In this document: piece after piece, positions 1 through 9,986 of the stretch
Layout of the letters: each line of letters opens with the position of its first letter
Numbering within the stretch: the first letter of the stretch is position 1
DNA from: Dehalococcoidia bacterium
Lineage (GTDB): Bacteria > Chloroflexota > Dehalococcoidia > Plut-88900
Length of the DNA stretch: 64,000 nt
NCBI GenBank assembly: GCA_965197585.1
Contig: OZ240215.1
Coordinates: 832,001 to 896,000, forward strand
Reading direction: 5' to 3'
Position numbers and translations under genes: made by a program
The notes under the pieces: generated by a model
Told to the model about the DNA's origin: nothing
Database searches by the model: none
The model's input: the letters and a program-made list of their open reading frames with translations, nothing else

Positions 1-306
1 GTCCTCGTGGGTAGCAGGGGTGCTGGAGATCCCGGCGTTGTTAACGAGCATGTCCACGCGGCCGAAGCGTTCGATGGTGGCCTGGACGGCCCTTTGCCAA
101 TCGTCGTCACGGGTGACGTCCATGTGGACGAAGAGTGCCTGACCGCCGGACTCGTTGATTCGGGCCTCGACCTGGGCGCCCTCCTTGTCGAGGATGTCGC
201 AGATGACTACTCGGGCACCTTCACGGGAGAAGAGTTCGGCGTCGACAGCGCCCATGCCATGGGCTGCGCCGGTGATGATGGCCACTTTTCCTTCCAGCCT
301 ACCCAT
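1..306 (-). CDS. SDR family oxidoreductase (5' part, runs off window)
   Basis: Minus-strand translation MGRLEGKVAIITGAAHGMG...VNNAG has the TGxxxGxG and NNAG motifs; GAGGAG RBS upstream. Confidence 0.9.
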   Translation of the reverse strand, partial: MGRLEGKVAIITGAAHGMGAVDAELFSREGARVVICDILDKEGAQVEARINESGGQALFVHMDVTRDDDWQRAVQATIERFGRVDMLVNNAGISSTPATHED

Positions 307-523
307 GACGTAATCTCCTCATCTTTAATATACGTGACCATCGAGGACTTGGGGGTAGTTTACACGAAGGGGTGAGCCCAACCCGGACAACCGCTCAATC
401 CCTCGAGGGGTGGATGTCCCGGTGGGGTTGTTTCGCAGTGTGTGGTTGAGTCTATAATCAGGGTATCGACAATCGGAGAGGCCTCTGCATCTAGAGGGCG
501 TTTAGCTATTGAGGAGAAAGAGC

Positions 524-1633
524 ATGGTAGGACTAAAGGCGATATCGGCGGACTCACACGTGCAGGAGGCTCCGGAGCTGTTCGAGACCCGGGTCCCGGA
601 GGAGTTCAGGCCCCGACTTCCGCACATGGAGGAAGGAGAGGACGGCGCGAAATATAGAGTGGTGGAGGGCAGGAAGAAGAGGCGTTTCGACATAGCCGCG
701 GAGAACATCAACGAGGACGACATGGAAAGAGAGTTCAGGCTGGACCCCTCTGGCGGTACGGACATTCCGTACAGGTTGAAGGACCAGGACCGGGATGGGG
801 TGACGGCGGAGGTGCTCTACCCGAACTCGCTGCTCGCACTGTTCGCATCGCCGGACCCGAAGTACCAGATAGCCGTGGCCCGGGCCTATAACGATTGGGC
901 CATAGAACTCTTCGGCGGGCATGCCGACAGGTTTGCGCCCGCAGGCCTGGTGCCCGTAATCGACGTTCCAACCGCGGTGGAAGAGGTGAAGCGGGTCGCG
1001 GGGCTGGGATACAAGCTAATAAGCGCCCCCATACACCTGAAGCACCAACCGTACAGCCTGCCGATATACGAGCCTCTGTGGAACGTGCTGGAGGAGACGG
1101 GATTGCCCATAAGCCTCCACTTCATATCGGGCAGTGAGGACCACCTACCGGAGGGCGCCGGGGAGGAGAGGCATGGAGGCTTCCTCACCTACATGGTGAC
1201 CGCGATGGCCGAGGGAATAGTCCCCGCCACCGTGTTCGTAAGCTCAGGGGTGCTGGCCCGGCACCCGAGCCTACACTCCGTAATAGTGGAGTGCGGCGCA
1301 GGCTGGCTGCCCTGGGTGCTGTACACGATGGACGACCAGTACGAGCGGAAGCACATGTGGATAGAGCCCAAGCTGGACATGAAGCCCAGCGAGTACTTCA
1401 AGCGGCAGGGTCACGCGACATTCAGTGACGACCTGGCTGCATTGCGGATGATCGACTTCATCGGGCCGGAGGCATTGCTGTGGGGAAGCGATTACCCCCA
1501 CGACGAAGGCACGTTCCCCCATTCCCAGGAAGTGATCGAGAGGACTTTCGCAGGGCTCTCGGATGAGGACAAGAGGAAGATAGTGTACGGGAACGCGGCG
1601 TCGCTGTACGGGATCGGGGGGAATGGGGCGTAG
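524..1633 (+). CDS. Amidohydrolase family protein (amidohydro_2-like), paralog 1
   Basis: ISADSHV, SLH, VECGAGWLP and WGSDYPH motifs; GAGGAG RBS before ATG 524. Confidence 0.9.
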   Translation: MVGLKAISADSHVQEAPELFETRVPEEFRPRLPHMEEGEDGAKYRVVEGRKKRRFDIAAENINEDDMEREFRLDPSGGTDIPYRLKDQDRDGVTAEVLYPNSLLALFASPDPKYQIAVARAYNDWAIELFGGHADRFAPAGLVPVIDVPTAVEEVKRVAGLGYKLISAPIHLKHQPYSLPIYEPLWNVLEETGLPISLHFISGSEDHLPEGAGEERHGGFLTYMVTAMAEGIVPATVFVSSGVLARHPSLHSVIVECGAGWLPWVLYTMDDQYERKHMWIEPKLDMKPSEYFKRQGHATFSDDLAALRMIDFIGPEALLWGSDYPHDEGTFPHSQEVIERTFAGLSDEDKRKIVYGNAASLYGIGGNGA

Positions 1634-1723
1634 GCGGGGAATTGGAGGCGTCTCATCCGATAATATCGATTGTAGAAGGACTGCTCCTGTAACAAAGGAA
1701 CGGAACGATTGGGGGGAAAGACA

Positions 1724-2833
1724 ATGGCTGGACTAAAGGCTATATCGGCGGACTCTCACGTGCAGGAGTCGCCCGAGCTGTTCGAGACACGGGTGCCGGA
1801 GGAATTCAGGGCGAGGCTGCCGCGGGTTATTGAAGAGGAAGACGGAGCGCAGTTCTTTGTGGCGGAGGGTCGGAACAAAAGGCGGTTCGACCTGGCGGAG
1901 GCCAACATCGATGAGGATGATTTGAACCGGGAGTTCAGGCAGGACCCCTCGGGCGGGACGGACATCCCGTACAGGGTGAAAGACCAGGACCGGGACGGAG
2001 TTGCGGCGGAGGTCCTGTATCCGAACTCGCTGCTGACGCTTTTCGGGTCACGGGACCCCGCATACCAAATAGGGGTTGCACGGGCATACAACGACTGGGC
2101 AATTGAGCTGTTTGGAGGTCATTCGGACAGGTTTGCCCCTGCGGCGATAGTGCCGGTGATCGACGTGGAGACGGCGGTGGAAGAGGTGCGTCGGGTGGCG
2201 GGGCTGGGCTACAAGCTGATCAGTGCGCCAATACACCTGAAGTACCAGCCGTACAGTTTGCCCATCTACGAACCACTCTGGAATGCGCTGGAGGAGACCG
2301 GACTGCCCATCAGCCTTCACTTCGTGACTGGGAGCGAAGACCATACTCCGAAAGATCTCGGAGATGAGAAAGAGGGTGGTTTCCTGACCTACATGGTAAC
2401 GGCGATGGCCGAGGGGATAGTGCCGGCTACGGTGTTCGTAAGCTCAGGTGTGCTGGCGCGTCACCCGAGCCTTCACACGGTGATTGTGGAGTGCGGCGCA
2501 GGTTGGCTGCCCTGGGTGTTGTACACGATGGACGACCAGTACGAGCGCAAGCACATGTGGATCGAGCCCAAGCTGGACATGAAGCCGAGTGAGTACTTCA
2601 AGCGGCAGGGCCACACGACTTTCAGCGACGATCTGGCCGCGCTGCGGATGCTGGACTTCATCGGGCCGGAGGCGCTGATGTGGGGGAGCGACTACCCCCA
2701 CGACGAGGGAACGTTCCCCCATTCCCAGGAAGTGATTGAGAGGACGTTTACGGAGCTTTCGGAGGAGGACAAGAGGAAGATAGTGTACGGGAATGCGGCG
2801 TCGTTATACGGGTTCGGTGGGAATGGGGGGTAA
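1724..2833 (+). CDS. Amidohydrolase family protein, paralog 2 (tandem duplicate)
   Basis: Same length and motifs as 524-1633. Confidence 0.9.
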   Translation: MAGLKAISADSHVQESPELFETRVPEEFRARLPRVIEEEDGAQFFVAEGRNKRRFDLAEANIDEDDLNREFRQDPSGGTDIPYRVKDQDRDGVAAEVLYPNSLLTLFGSRDPAYQIGVARAYNDWAIELFGGHSDRFAPAAIVPVIDVETAVEEVRRVAGLGYKLISAPIHLKYQPYSLPIYEPLWNALEETGLPISLHFVTGSEDHTPKDLGDEKEGGFLTYMVTAMAEGIVPATVFVSSGVLARHPSLHTVIVECGAGWLPWVLYTMDDQYERKHMWIEPKLDMKPSEYFKRQGHTTFSDDLAALRMLDFIGPEALMWGSDYPHDEGTFPHSQEVIERTFTELSEEDKRKIVYGNAASLYGFGGNGG

Positions 2834-2913
2834 CGGATTGAAATCTTGGTGTTTCCACTAACGACATCTCCACCTGTGTGAGGAATGTGGGAACACAAGG
2901 GGAAATAGCAGGA

Positions 2914-3279
2914 ATGCGGAAAAATGGGGTCATATGGGGGATCATGCTTCTATGGATCATAGGTCTGAGCGTTGCCCTCGGATATCTCTACTATGATCGA
3001 GAGGAGGTTGTCGTACCTACCAATCCTCCAGCCGCAGTTCCTGCAAAGTCTTTTGGCAATGAAGCTCTGATGGAGCAGGTTTGCGAGGCGTTAGACAAGG
3101 AAGTACCGCCTAACGCGCCTGAGCTTAGCGATCCTGGCAGTGTGCTTGCATGGCTTGATTTACAATTCCCAGAGGGCGACTTTTACAGAATGGGCTTAAC
3201 AAAAACATCTGAGAACGCCGGAGAACGACACAGACGTCATGCTAATTATTTGAATGGGATTCTCTTTCTATGCTCATAA
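2914..3279 (+). CDS. Hypothetical protein with N-terminal membrane anchor
   Basis: Hydrophobic N-terminus VIWGIMLLWIIGLSVALGYLYY; AT-richer than its neighbours; start uncertain. Confidence 0.6.
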   Translation: MRKNGVIWGIMLLWIIGLSVALGYLYYDREEVVVPTNPPAAVPAKSFGNEALMEQVCEALDKEVPPNAPELSDPGSVLAWLDLQFPEGDFYRMGLTKTSENAGERHRRHANYLNGILFLCS

Positions 3280-3328
3280 TAGTTATTCACTGCGAACGTA
3301 GAAAAACAAACTATTACGGAGTAGTAGA

Positions 3329-4390
3329 TTGAACTTCGGGGCGTTTTTGTTAATGCCATCTCCCTCGGCGCGGGCCCATGCGGAAATCTACGCCCGCGGG
3401 TTGGAGATAGCGCAGGCCGCCGAGGACATGGGCTACGACGGTGTGTGGCTGGCGGAGCACCACTTCTCCAACTACGGCTATCTCTCTCGTCCGCTGATCA
3501 TGGCGACACACCTGGCTGCTAATACGAAGCGCATACGCATTGGCACGGCTGTGGTTGTTTTGCCGCTCCACCACCCGCTGGTTGTGGCGGAGGAGGCTGC
3601 GACGATAGACCTGCTTAGCGAGGGTCGGTTCGACCTGGGCCTGGGGCGCGGGTACCAGCAGTACGAGTTTGGCCGCATGGGTCTGGACCTCAAAGACAGC
3701 CGGGCCCGATGGGAAGAGGCGATAGAGATACTGACGAGGGCTTTCACTGAGGAGTCGTTCAGCTTCGAGGGCGAGTACTTCAGCTTCCCCGAAACGACGG
3801 TCCTGCCCAAGCCTTACCAGAAGCCCCACCCCCCGATCTGGGTGGTCGGCCAGAGCCTGGAGTCGATAAACGGCGCGGTGCGGCGGGGGTTCAACGTGGT
3901 CACGGGTGGAGCGGCTTTTCCGGTTGGCAGAATCGAAGAGCGCAGGAACCAGTTCGATGACGCAGTGGAACGGCACGGGCGGGAAGGCCAATTGCAATTC
4001 GGGATACAGCAGAAGATTTACGTGACGGAATCGGAAGAGGAAGCGTTGAGGATGGCCGAGCACGGCCTATGGAACATGCGGGTCTCGCTGAGCCTGCGAT
4101 TGGGTCGGGAGCAGGTTGAGAGGGGTCGGGTGACGGATGTGCCAATAGAGGACGAGCCATCGATTGAAGAGCTGGTTGACCGACACTTCCTGTTCGGGAC
4201 GCCGGAGACGGTGTCGGCAAAGCTGACGAGGCTCAAGGAACAGCTTAAACTCGACCACCTGAACTGCGATTTCTGGTTAGGGGATATGCCACAGGACAAA
4301 GTTCTGCGTTCGATGGAGTTGTTTGCGAAGCACGTGATGCCGCAGTTTCAGGATGCGCCACGGGCGAAGGCTTTGAGTCCAACCGGGTGA
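3329..4390 (+). CDS. LLM-class flavin-dependent oxidoreductase
   Basis: WLAEHHF, HPLVVAEE, GRFDLGLGRG and PxQxPHPPIW motifs; TTG start with GGAG RBS. Confidence 0.92.
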   Translation: MNFGAFLLMPSPSARAHAEIYARGLEIAQAAEDMGYDGVWLAEHHFSNYGYLSRPLIMATHLAANTKRIRIGTAVVVLPLHHPLVVAEEAATIDLLSEGRFDLGLGRGYQQYEFGRMGLDLKDSRARWEEAIEILTRAFTEESFSFEGEYFSFPETTVLPKPYQKPHPPIWVVGQSLESINGAVRRGFNVVTGGAAFPVGRIEERRNQFDDAVERHGREGQLQFGIQQKIYVTESEEEALRMAEHGLWNMRVSLSLRLGREQVERGRVTDVPIEDEPSIEELVDRHFLFGTPETVSAKLTRLKEQLKLDHLNCDFWLGDMPQDKVLRSMELFAKHVMPQFQDAPRAKALSPTG

Positions 4391-4397
4391 GTGTGAC

Positions 4398-4538
4398 ATG
4401 GACACCAAGCAAGAGCGCCGCGAAGAGAAGCGTCGAAACCGGCGCAAGATGCGGGTGTCGGGGCGGGGGTTGAAGACGCTGCTGCAAGAGATTGGTCGGA
4501 AGGCCAAGGAGAAGACGCTTCCCAAGCAGCGGTCATAG
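4398..4538 (+). CDS. Small basic protein (46 aa), not in ORF track
   Basis: ATG 7 nt after the LLM stop; MDTKQERREEKRRNRRKMRVSGRGLKTLLQEIGRKAKEKTLPKQRS fills the gap. Confidence 0.55.
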   Translation: MDTKQERREEKRRNRRKMRVSGRGLKTLLQEIGRKAKEKTLPKQRS

Positions 4539-4549
4539 GGCCTAGGGTT

Positions 4550-5488
4550 CTACGACAGGGGCACGATTTCGTCTATTGCCTTCAGGTCGTCAGGTGAGAG
4601 GTCCCAATTGCCGGCCTCTACGTTTTGGACTACCTGTTCCGGATTGGAAGCTCCAGCGATTACGCTGCAAACTGCCGGGTTGGCCAAAAGCCAGGCGAGC
4701 GCCAGCTCTCCTACTGCGTGACCTCGCTCCTGTGCAAAACCGGACAACTTGTCCACTTTTTCAAAATTCTCGTCGGTCAGGGAGCGTTGGTAGAACTCCC
4801 CGGAGGCCATGCGGGTGCCTTCCGGTATAGGTTCATTTCGACGGTACTTGCCGGTGAGCAGGCCCGACTCCAACGGGAAGAAGGGGATGATGCTCAGGCC
4901 GTTGTCGTCGGCGTAAGGAACGACTTCTTTTTCGACGCCTCTCTTCAGGAGGTTGTAGTAGCACTGCTCTGATGCCAGGCTGTTCAGGTTGAAGTACCTG
5001 GAAGTCCACAGTGCTTCCGAGAGTTGGAGCCCGGAGAAGTTTGATGAGCCGAAATAGCGGACTTTGCCCTGCTTCACGAGGTCGGCCAGGGCACGGATGG
5101 TCTGCTCTATAGAGGTTTCGGGGTCGGGCCAGTGGACCTGGTAGAGGTCAATGTGGTCGGTGTTGAGGCGTCGGAGGCTGTCTTCCACGGCATTGAAGAT
5201 GTGGTAGCGGGAAGCGCCTCTGCTATTAGGGTAGTCGTCCATGGCCATAACGAACTTGGTGGCAATGACGACATGGTCTCTATGACTCTTGAGCCATTTC
5301 CCGATTACCAGCTCTGAATTGCCGAGGTTGTAGAAGTCGGCGGTGTCGATGAAGTTGACGCCAAGGTCGAGAGCCTGGTCGAGGACTCGGAAGGAGCTAG
5401 GCTCATCGTTCCGGCCGCCGAAATTGTTGGCCCCTAGGCCGATCACGGACACTTTCACTCCCGTATTCCCCAAGATGCGGTACTTCAT
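4550..5488 (-). CDS. Aldo/keto reductase
   Basis: IDTADFY, IATK, DLYQVHWPD and GKVRYFGSSN motifs. Confidence 0.93.
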   Translation of the reverse strand: MKYRILGNTGVKVSVIGLGANNFGGRNDEPSSFRVLDQALDLGVNFIDTADFYNLGNSELVIGKWLKSHRDHVVIATKFVMAMDDYPNSRGASRYHIFNAVEDSLRRLNTDHIDLYQVHWPDPETSIEQTIRALADLVKQGKVRYFGSSNFSGLQLSEALWTSRYFNLNSLASEQCYYNLLKRGVEKEVVPYADDNGLSIIPFFPLESGLLTGKYRRNEPIPEGTRMASGEFYQRSLTDENFEKVDKLSGFAQERGHAVGELALAWLLANPAVCSVIAGASNPEQVVQNVEAGNWDLSPDDLKAIDEIVPLS

Positions 5489-5584
5489 TTCTTCTCCCTG
5501 GTTGCAGCTCGATGTGATCGGACGATATCACAGAAGCCTCGATGGGTCGATAAAGGGGGTGGGGTGTGGGGTATTATGGGGAGA

Positions 5585-7093
5585 ATGGCCGCAGTGGACT
5601 CAACTCAGAAGACTACGCCCGTAGGCGCTTCCGGTCTCCGAAAATGGCCGGCATTCATCGCCATAGCCGTCGGGATATTCCTGACCGTCGCGGAGCAGAC
5701 GGCAGTCGCGATTGCCCTTCCCGAGATTGCTGATGAATTCAAGGTAAATATCCCCGCCGTCCAGTGGGTGACGCTGGGGTACGTGCTAAGCACCAGCGCG
5801 GCCTTCATGCCGGTAGGGAGACTTTCGGACATAGTGGGCCGGCCGAAGGTGTATACCATCGGTTTCGTGGGATTCATAGGGACGGCAGTGTTGGCGGGAC
5901 TTTCAACGGCATTTTGGGTCCTTGTTGTGGCGAAAGTGGCGCAGGGATTGGCCTCGGCGGGTATACAGGCCAACGCGATGGCTATAGTGACGGAGGCGTT
6001 TCCGAAAAGGGAGCGAGGCCGTGCCATCGGGTTGTACACGACTACGGTAGGCTCAGGGGCGGCGACAGGGCCATTTCTGGGTGGCCTGCTGGTCGGCGAG
6101 CTCGGGTGGCGGTGGTTGTTCTATGCAAGCGTACCCCTGGGAATTGTGGCGATCGGGGCGGCGGTGTGGGCACTGAGGGGGTGGCCATCGCATTCGGAGC
6201 CGGGGGAGGAGAGGGGACGGTTTGACTGGGTAGGGGCCGCAACATCGTCGAGTACATTAGTTATTCTTCTGCTGTCCCTTTCGAACTCGCACCGGTTTGG
6301 GTGGGGGTCGGGGCCTATCGTGGCAGGGTTGGCCGGAGCGGCGGGCCTGTTCTGTTTTTTCGTTTGGTGGGAGCTTCGAAACCCACACCCGATGATCGAT
6401 CTCAGGTATTTCGCCAGCCGTTATTTCTCCCTGGGAGTGGGGATACGGTTTCTGCTGTTCCTGGCCAGTGCCCCAAGGGTGATATTAATGCCCTTCTATC
6501 TGATCCAGGTATTGGGGTACGCGCCACACATGGCTGGTTTGATAACGGCATCGGCGTCGGTATCCATGGCCTTGTTTGGGGCGGTGAGCGGCATATTGTC
6601 GGAGCGGCTGGGCCCGAGATGGCTGATGTTGGCGGGGATAATGATCGCTGCGTCGGCGATGTTCACGTTCTCGACGCTGGACGTGGACTCATCACCTATT
6701 CATGCCGTGATAGCGTTGGCGTTGTCGGGGGCGGGGATGGGGACGTTCTATTCGCCCAACACGAGCGACATCCTCAATTCACGGTCGGGGCGTACGTATG
6801 GGATCACAGCCGCGTTGTTGAACCTGACAAGGACGACGGGAAACGTGACGGGTATCGCGGTATCAACGACGGTCATCGCAGTGTACATGGCAGCGGCTGG
6901 ATACGAGCCGAGCCTGTCGGCGGTGACGGGGTCAGGGGGAGAGGGAGTGAAAAGTGCGTTCGTATCGGGGCTGTCAACGGCGTTCCTGGTGTCAGGTTCG
7001 CTCCTGGGGCTCGCGTTCGTGCTGTCGATAGTGCAGGGTCGGGTGGGGAGAGGGGAGGTCGACACCGATGATAGAGCCCCGGCTACCGCATAG
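5585..7093 (+). CDS. MFS transporter, DHA2 (EmrB/QacA-like)
   Basis: About 14 hydrophobic segments; GRLSDIVGR motif A; ERGRAIG; GPFLGG motif C. Confidence 0.9.
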   Translation: MAAVDSTQKTTPVGASGLRKWPAFIAIAVGIFLTVAEQTAVAIALPEIADEFKVNIPAVQWVTLGYVLSTSAAFMPVGRLSDIVGRPKVYTIGFVGFIGTAVLAGLSTAFWVLVVAKVAQGLASAGIQANAMAIVTEAFPKRERGRAIGLYTTTVGSGAATGPFLGGLLVGELGWRWLFYASVPLGIVAIGAAVWALRGWPSHSEPGEERGRFDWVGAATSSSTLVILLLSLSNSHRFGWGSGPIVAGLAGAAGLFCFFVWWELRNPHPMIDLRYFASRYFSLGVGIRFLLFLASAPRVILMPFYLIQVLGYAPHMAGLITASASVSMALFGAVSGILSERLGPRWLMLAGIMIAASAMFTFSTLDVDSSPIHAVIALALSGAGMGTFYSPNTSDILNSRSGRTYGITAALLNLTRTTGNVTGIAVSTTVIAVYMAAAGYEPSLSAVTGSGGEGVKSAFVSGLSTAFLVSGSLLGLAFVLSIVQGRVGRGEVDTDDRAPATA

Positions 7094-7166
7094 CAAATCT
7101 GGCGTTCATTTTCCCTGCCATCTCACCTGTGCTCAACGGCTGTAAGTGACGGACGCATTGTTGACA

Positions 7167-7191
7167 AAATGTTCGCTTAACGCGAACATTT
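7167..7191. promoter_or_regulatory. Palindromic operator upstream of RelE/HTH TA pair
   Basis: AAATGTTCGC-ttaac-GCGAACATTT perfect 10-bp inverted repeat next to TTGACA (7161-7166). Confidence 0.65.
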
Positions 7192-7208
7192 ACAGTGTGA
7201 GCCACTGA

Positions 7209-7466
7209 ATGATAATCGAATGGAGTGCGAAAGCGATCAGAGATATGCGCCGTCTGGCCTCGCAGGACCGCGAACGCGTCATAGCCAAGGTCGAGCAATA
7301 CGCGGATGATCCGGAGTCATTAGCTAATCAGGTCATCATCCTTTCAGTGGGTAAGTACAGAAGGATGAGAGTTGGAAGTCAGCGCATAATCTTCGATGTC
7401 AAACGCGAAGAGGCTGAGACAATGCTAGTGCTAAGAGTCAGGCATAAGAGGGAAGCATATGACTAA
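7209..7466 (+). CDS. RelE/ParE family toxin
   Basis: 85 aa; IEWSAKAIRDMRRL, RRMRVGSQRIIF and VLRVRHKREAY pattern. Confidence 0.88.
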   Translation: MIIEWSAKAIRDMRRLASQDRERVIAKVEQYADDPESLANQVIILSVGKYRRMRVGSQRIIFDVKREEAETMLVLRVRHKREAYD

Positions 7467-7794
7467 CAAAGAAACCGTCACCCTGTCCCGAGCTGACTAC
7501 GATGCGTTAATGAATCGAAACAACGACCTAGAAGACAGGTTGGCTGCAGTCGAGGCAGACGATGGCAGTCGAATTCCTCATAAAGTTGCCGTAGCCATTA
7601 TTCGCGGCGAAAGTCCAATGTCCGCGTTCCGGGCCCACCTTGGAGTCACACTTCGCGATCTTGCCCAAAAGACGGGTATATCGGCGAGCCACCTTTCGGA
7701 GATCGAGAGGGGGCGCAAAGCGGGCTCCGTTACTACACTGGCCCGCATTGCAGGGGCATTCGACACGACTATCGACTCCCTTGTCATCGAATAG
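7459..7794 (+). CDS. XRE-family HTH antitoxin (HigA-like, toxin-first operon)
   Basis: C-terminal HTH TLRDLAQKTGISASHLSEIERG; overlaps toxin stop. Confidence 0.85.
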   Translation: MTNKETVTLSRADYDALMNRNNDLEDRLAAVEADDGSRIPHKVAVAIIRGESPMSAFRAHLGVTLRDLAQKTGISASHLSEIERGRKAGSVTTLARIAGAFDTTIDSLVIE

Positions 7795-7824
7795 AAGTCA
7801 GTCTGTGCCTTAGTGGGCTTCGAC

Positions 7825-9039
7825 TCAACCCCCGGTAATGGCGCCCGAGTCCTGGAGGCCGGTGATGTCGTCCCAGGAGTAGCCGAGCTCCAGGAGTACC
7901 TCTTCGGTGTGCTGGCCTAGCTCCGGGGCGGCGCTCTTGGGCCCGATGTCGGTGTCTTCCAGGTGCACGGGCGTATTCAGGATCTTGTAGGGCCCGTGTT
8001 CCGGGTGTTCGATGGTGCGGAGCATGTCGTTTAGCTCGACCTGGGGGTCGCTCAGGGCGTCGAGCATCTCGCGGACGGGAGCGTAGATCACGTCATAGTC
8101 GTCGAGAATGGGCCCCCATTCTGCCAAGGACTTTTCTCCGAAAATACCGTCGAGGATGGCTACGGCCTCCGGAGACCTGTTTTTCCTGTCTTCGAGGGTA
8201 ATGAACCGGGGGTCGGCGATAAGTTCCGGGCGCCCGATGGCATTGCATAGCTTGGCCCAGTTGGCATCGTTGTCGGGCATGACCAGGAGGAACCATTTGC
8301 CGTCGGAAGCGCTGTAGGTGTTTATGAGGGGGTCAACGGCATCAACTCGAGACCGGCGGTGAAGGGGTCGGTTCGAGGCCAAGGCTTCCTGTACGTCGGC
8401 GCCTATAACCCATAGTCCCATGTTCATGAGCGAAGTAGTGACCAGCCGACCTTTGCCCGTGCGCTGACGCTCCAGGATTGCGGCCAATACGCCTGCCAGG
8501 AGGGTCGGGGCGGTGGTGTGGTCGCCCATCCCATTGAGAATATCAATAGGCTCGGGCGCCAACTCACTGTACAGGGACATGAGGCCGGAACTGGCCCAAA
8601 AGGCGGTGTGGTCGAAGCCGAGCTTGTCCTTCTTGGGTCCCACGGGCCCGTAGCCGCTCAATGCAAGGTATATGAGTCGGGGATTGTCGGCGCTGAGTTG
8701 TTCGTAGGTGAGCCCAAATTTCTCCATCCGCCTGGGAAGAAGATTGGTGACGAAAACGTCGGCCTCGTTTGCTAACCGTTGGACAATTTTGGACGCCTCC
8801 GGTTTATTGAGGTCAACGGATATTCCACGTTTTCCCCTGTTGTCCATCTCGAAGGCATAGTTTATGGGGAACTCGACGCCATAGGTGCCGTCGGAGGACA
8901 ACCATCTGTATGGATCACCTGCAAGGGGCTCGACCTTGATGACCTCAGCGCCCATGTCGGCCATCAAGGCGGCGCAGCAGGGGACTGCAAGGAAATTGGC
9001 GACTTCTACAACCTTTGTTCCCGTAAGCGGGCCTGCCAT
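7825..9039 (-). CDS. CoA-transferase family III (CaiB/BaiF)
   Basis: GPLTGTKVVE, GAEVIKVEP, NRGKR and APELGQHT motifs. Confidence 0.92.
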   Translation of the reverse strand: MAGPLTGTKVVEVANFLAVPCCAALMADMGAEVIKVEPLAGDPYRWLSSDGTYGVEFPINYAFEMDNRGKRGISVDLNKPEASKIVQRLANEADVFVTNLLPRRMEKFGLTYEQLSADNPRLIYLALSGYGPVGPKKDKLGFDHTAFWASSGLMSLYSELAPEPIDILNGMGDHTTAPTLLAGVLAAILERQRTGKGRLVTTSLMNMGLWVIGADVQEALASNRPLHRRSRVDAVDPLINTYSASDGKWFLLVMPDNDANWAKLCNAIGRPELIADPRFITLEDRKNRSPEAVAILDGIFGEKSLAEWGPILDDYDVIYAPVREMLDALSDPQVELNDMLRTIEHPEHGPYKILNTPVHLEDTDIGPKSAAPELGQHTEEVLLELGYSWDDITGLQDSGAITGG

Positions 9040-9244
9040 TGTTTCTCCTCGATTGCTCTACGGAGCTAGCTCCCAGGATATTTGGCCATTCCGATGAATG
9101 GTGGATTTTCAAACTTAACCGACTCCAGCGCAAGTGGGGGATGCGGCTGGATTCTAGGACATCAGTCCGGCAAGTGATATAATTCACCAAAGAGAAAGTA
9201 CACTATTGCCAGAGAAACTGGCAAGGCAAAAGGCGCAATTACCC

Positions 9245-9967
9245 ATGCAAAATGCTGATGGAAATTCCGCTACTGAAGCAATCATAGACGCCGCTGGTGT
9301 AGTCAAGGTCTATGACACCGGACGCGTAAAAGTTAATGCATTGCACGGCGTGGACCTGAAGGTGGTGCGGGGAGAGATGGTGGCGATAATGGGCCCGAGC
9401 GGGTGTGGCAAAACTACACTCCTCAACTGCCTCTCGGGGTTGGACGCGATCAACGACGGTGTTATCAAGATAGCTGGTAACGACCTCGCGCGGATGTCGG
9501 ACAACGAAAAGACCCGCTATCGGGCGACCAAGATGGGCTATGTATTCCAGTCCTACAACCTTCTGCCCGTGCTAACCGCCCTGGAGAACGTGGAGATGCC
9601 GTTGCTGGTGTCAGGCGTGAAGTCCAGGGAGGCCCGAGACAAGGCCAGGGAGGCCCTGAAGCTGGTCAACCTGGAAGCCTGGGAAAGTCACTACCCCTCG
9701 GAGTTGTCGGGTGGGCAGCAGCAGCGGGTGACCATAGCCCGGGCGCTGGTGAATAGCCCTGAGATAGTATGGGCAGACGAGCCTACGGGCAACCTGGACT
9801 CGGAGAACTCCGAGGAAATCATGGACCTTCTGACCTCGCTTAACAGAGAAAACAACCAGACTTTTATTCTTGTCACCCACTCGCAGGCGGTAGCTGCATT
9901 GGCGCACCGGACCATCCGCATGAGGGACGGGCGAATCGAGGACGACGGCAACGGGGCTTCCGCATAG
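9245..9967 (+). CDS. ABC transporter ATP-binding protein (LolD/MacB-type)
   Basis: Walker A GPSGCGKT, LSGGQQQR signature, ADEPTGNLD. Confidence 0.93.
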   Translation: MQNADGNSATEAIIDAAGVVKVYDTGRVKVNALHGVDLKVVRGEMVAIMGPSGCGKTTLLNCLSGLDAINDGVIKIAGNDLARMSDNEKTRYRATKMGYVFQSYNLLPVLTALENVEMPLLVSGVKSREARDKAREALKLVNLEAWESHYPSELSGGQQQRVTIARALVNSPEIVWADEPTGNLDSENSEEIMDLLTSLNRENNQTFILVTHSQAVAALAHRTIRMRDGRIEDDGNGASA

Positions 9968-9986
9968 CTCCTATACCAACTAACTG

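Noticed and set aside
365-435. Imperfect hairpin in the divergent SDR/amidohydrolase intergenic region
   Set aside because: Single copy and GC-rich imperfect pairing, with no recognisable motif.
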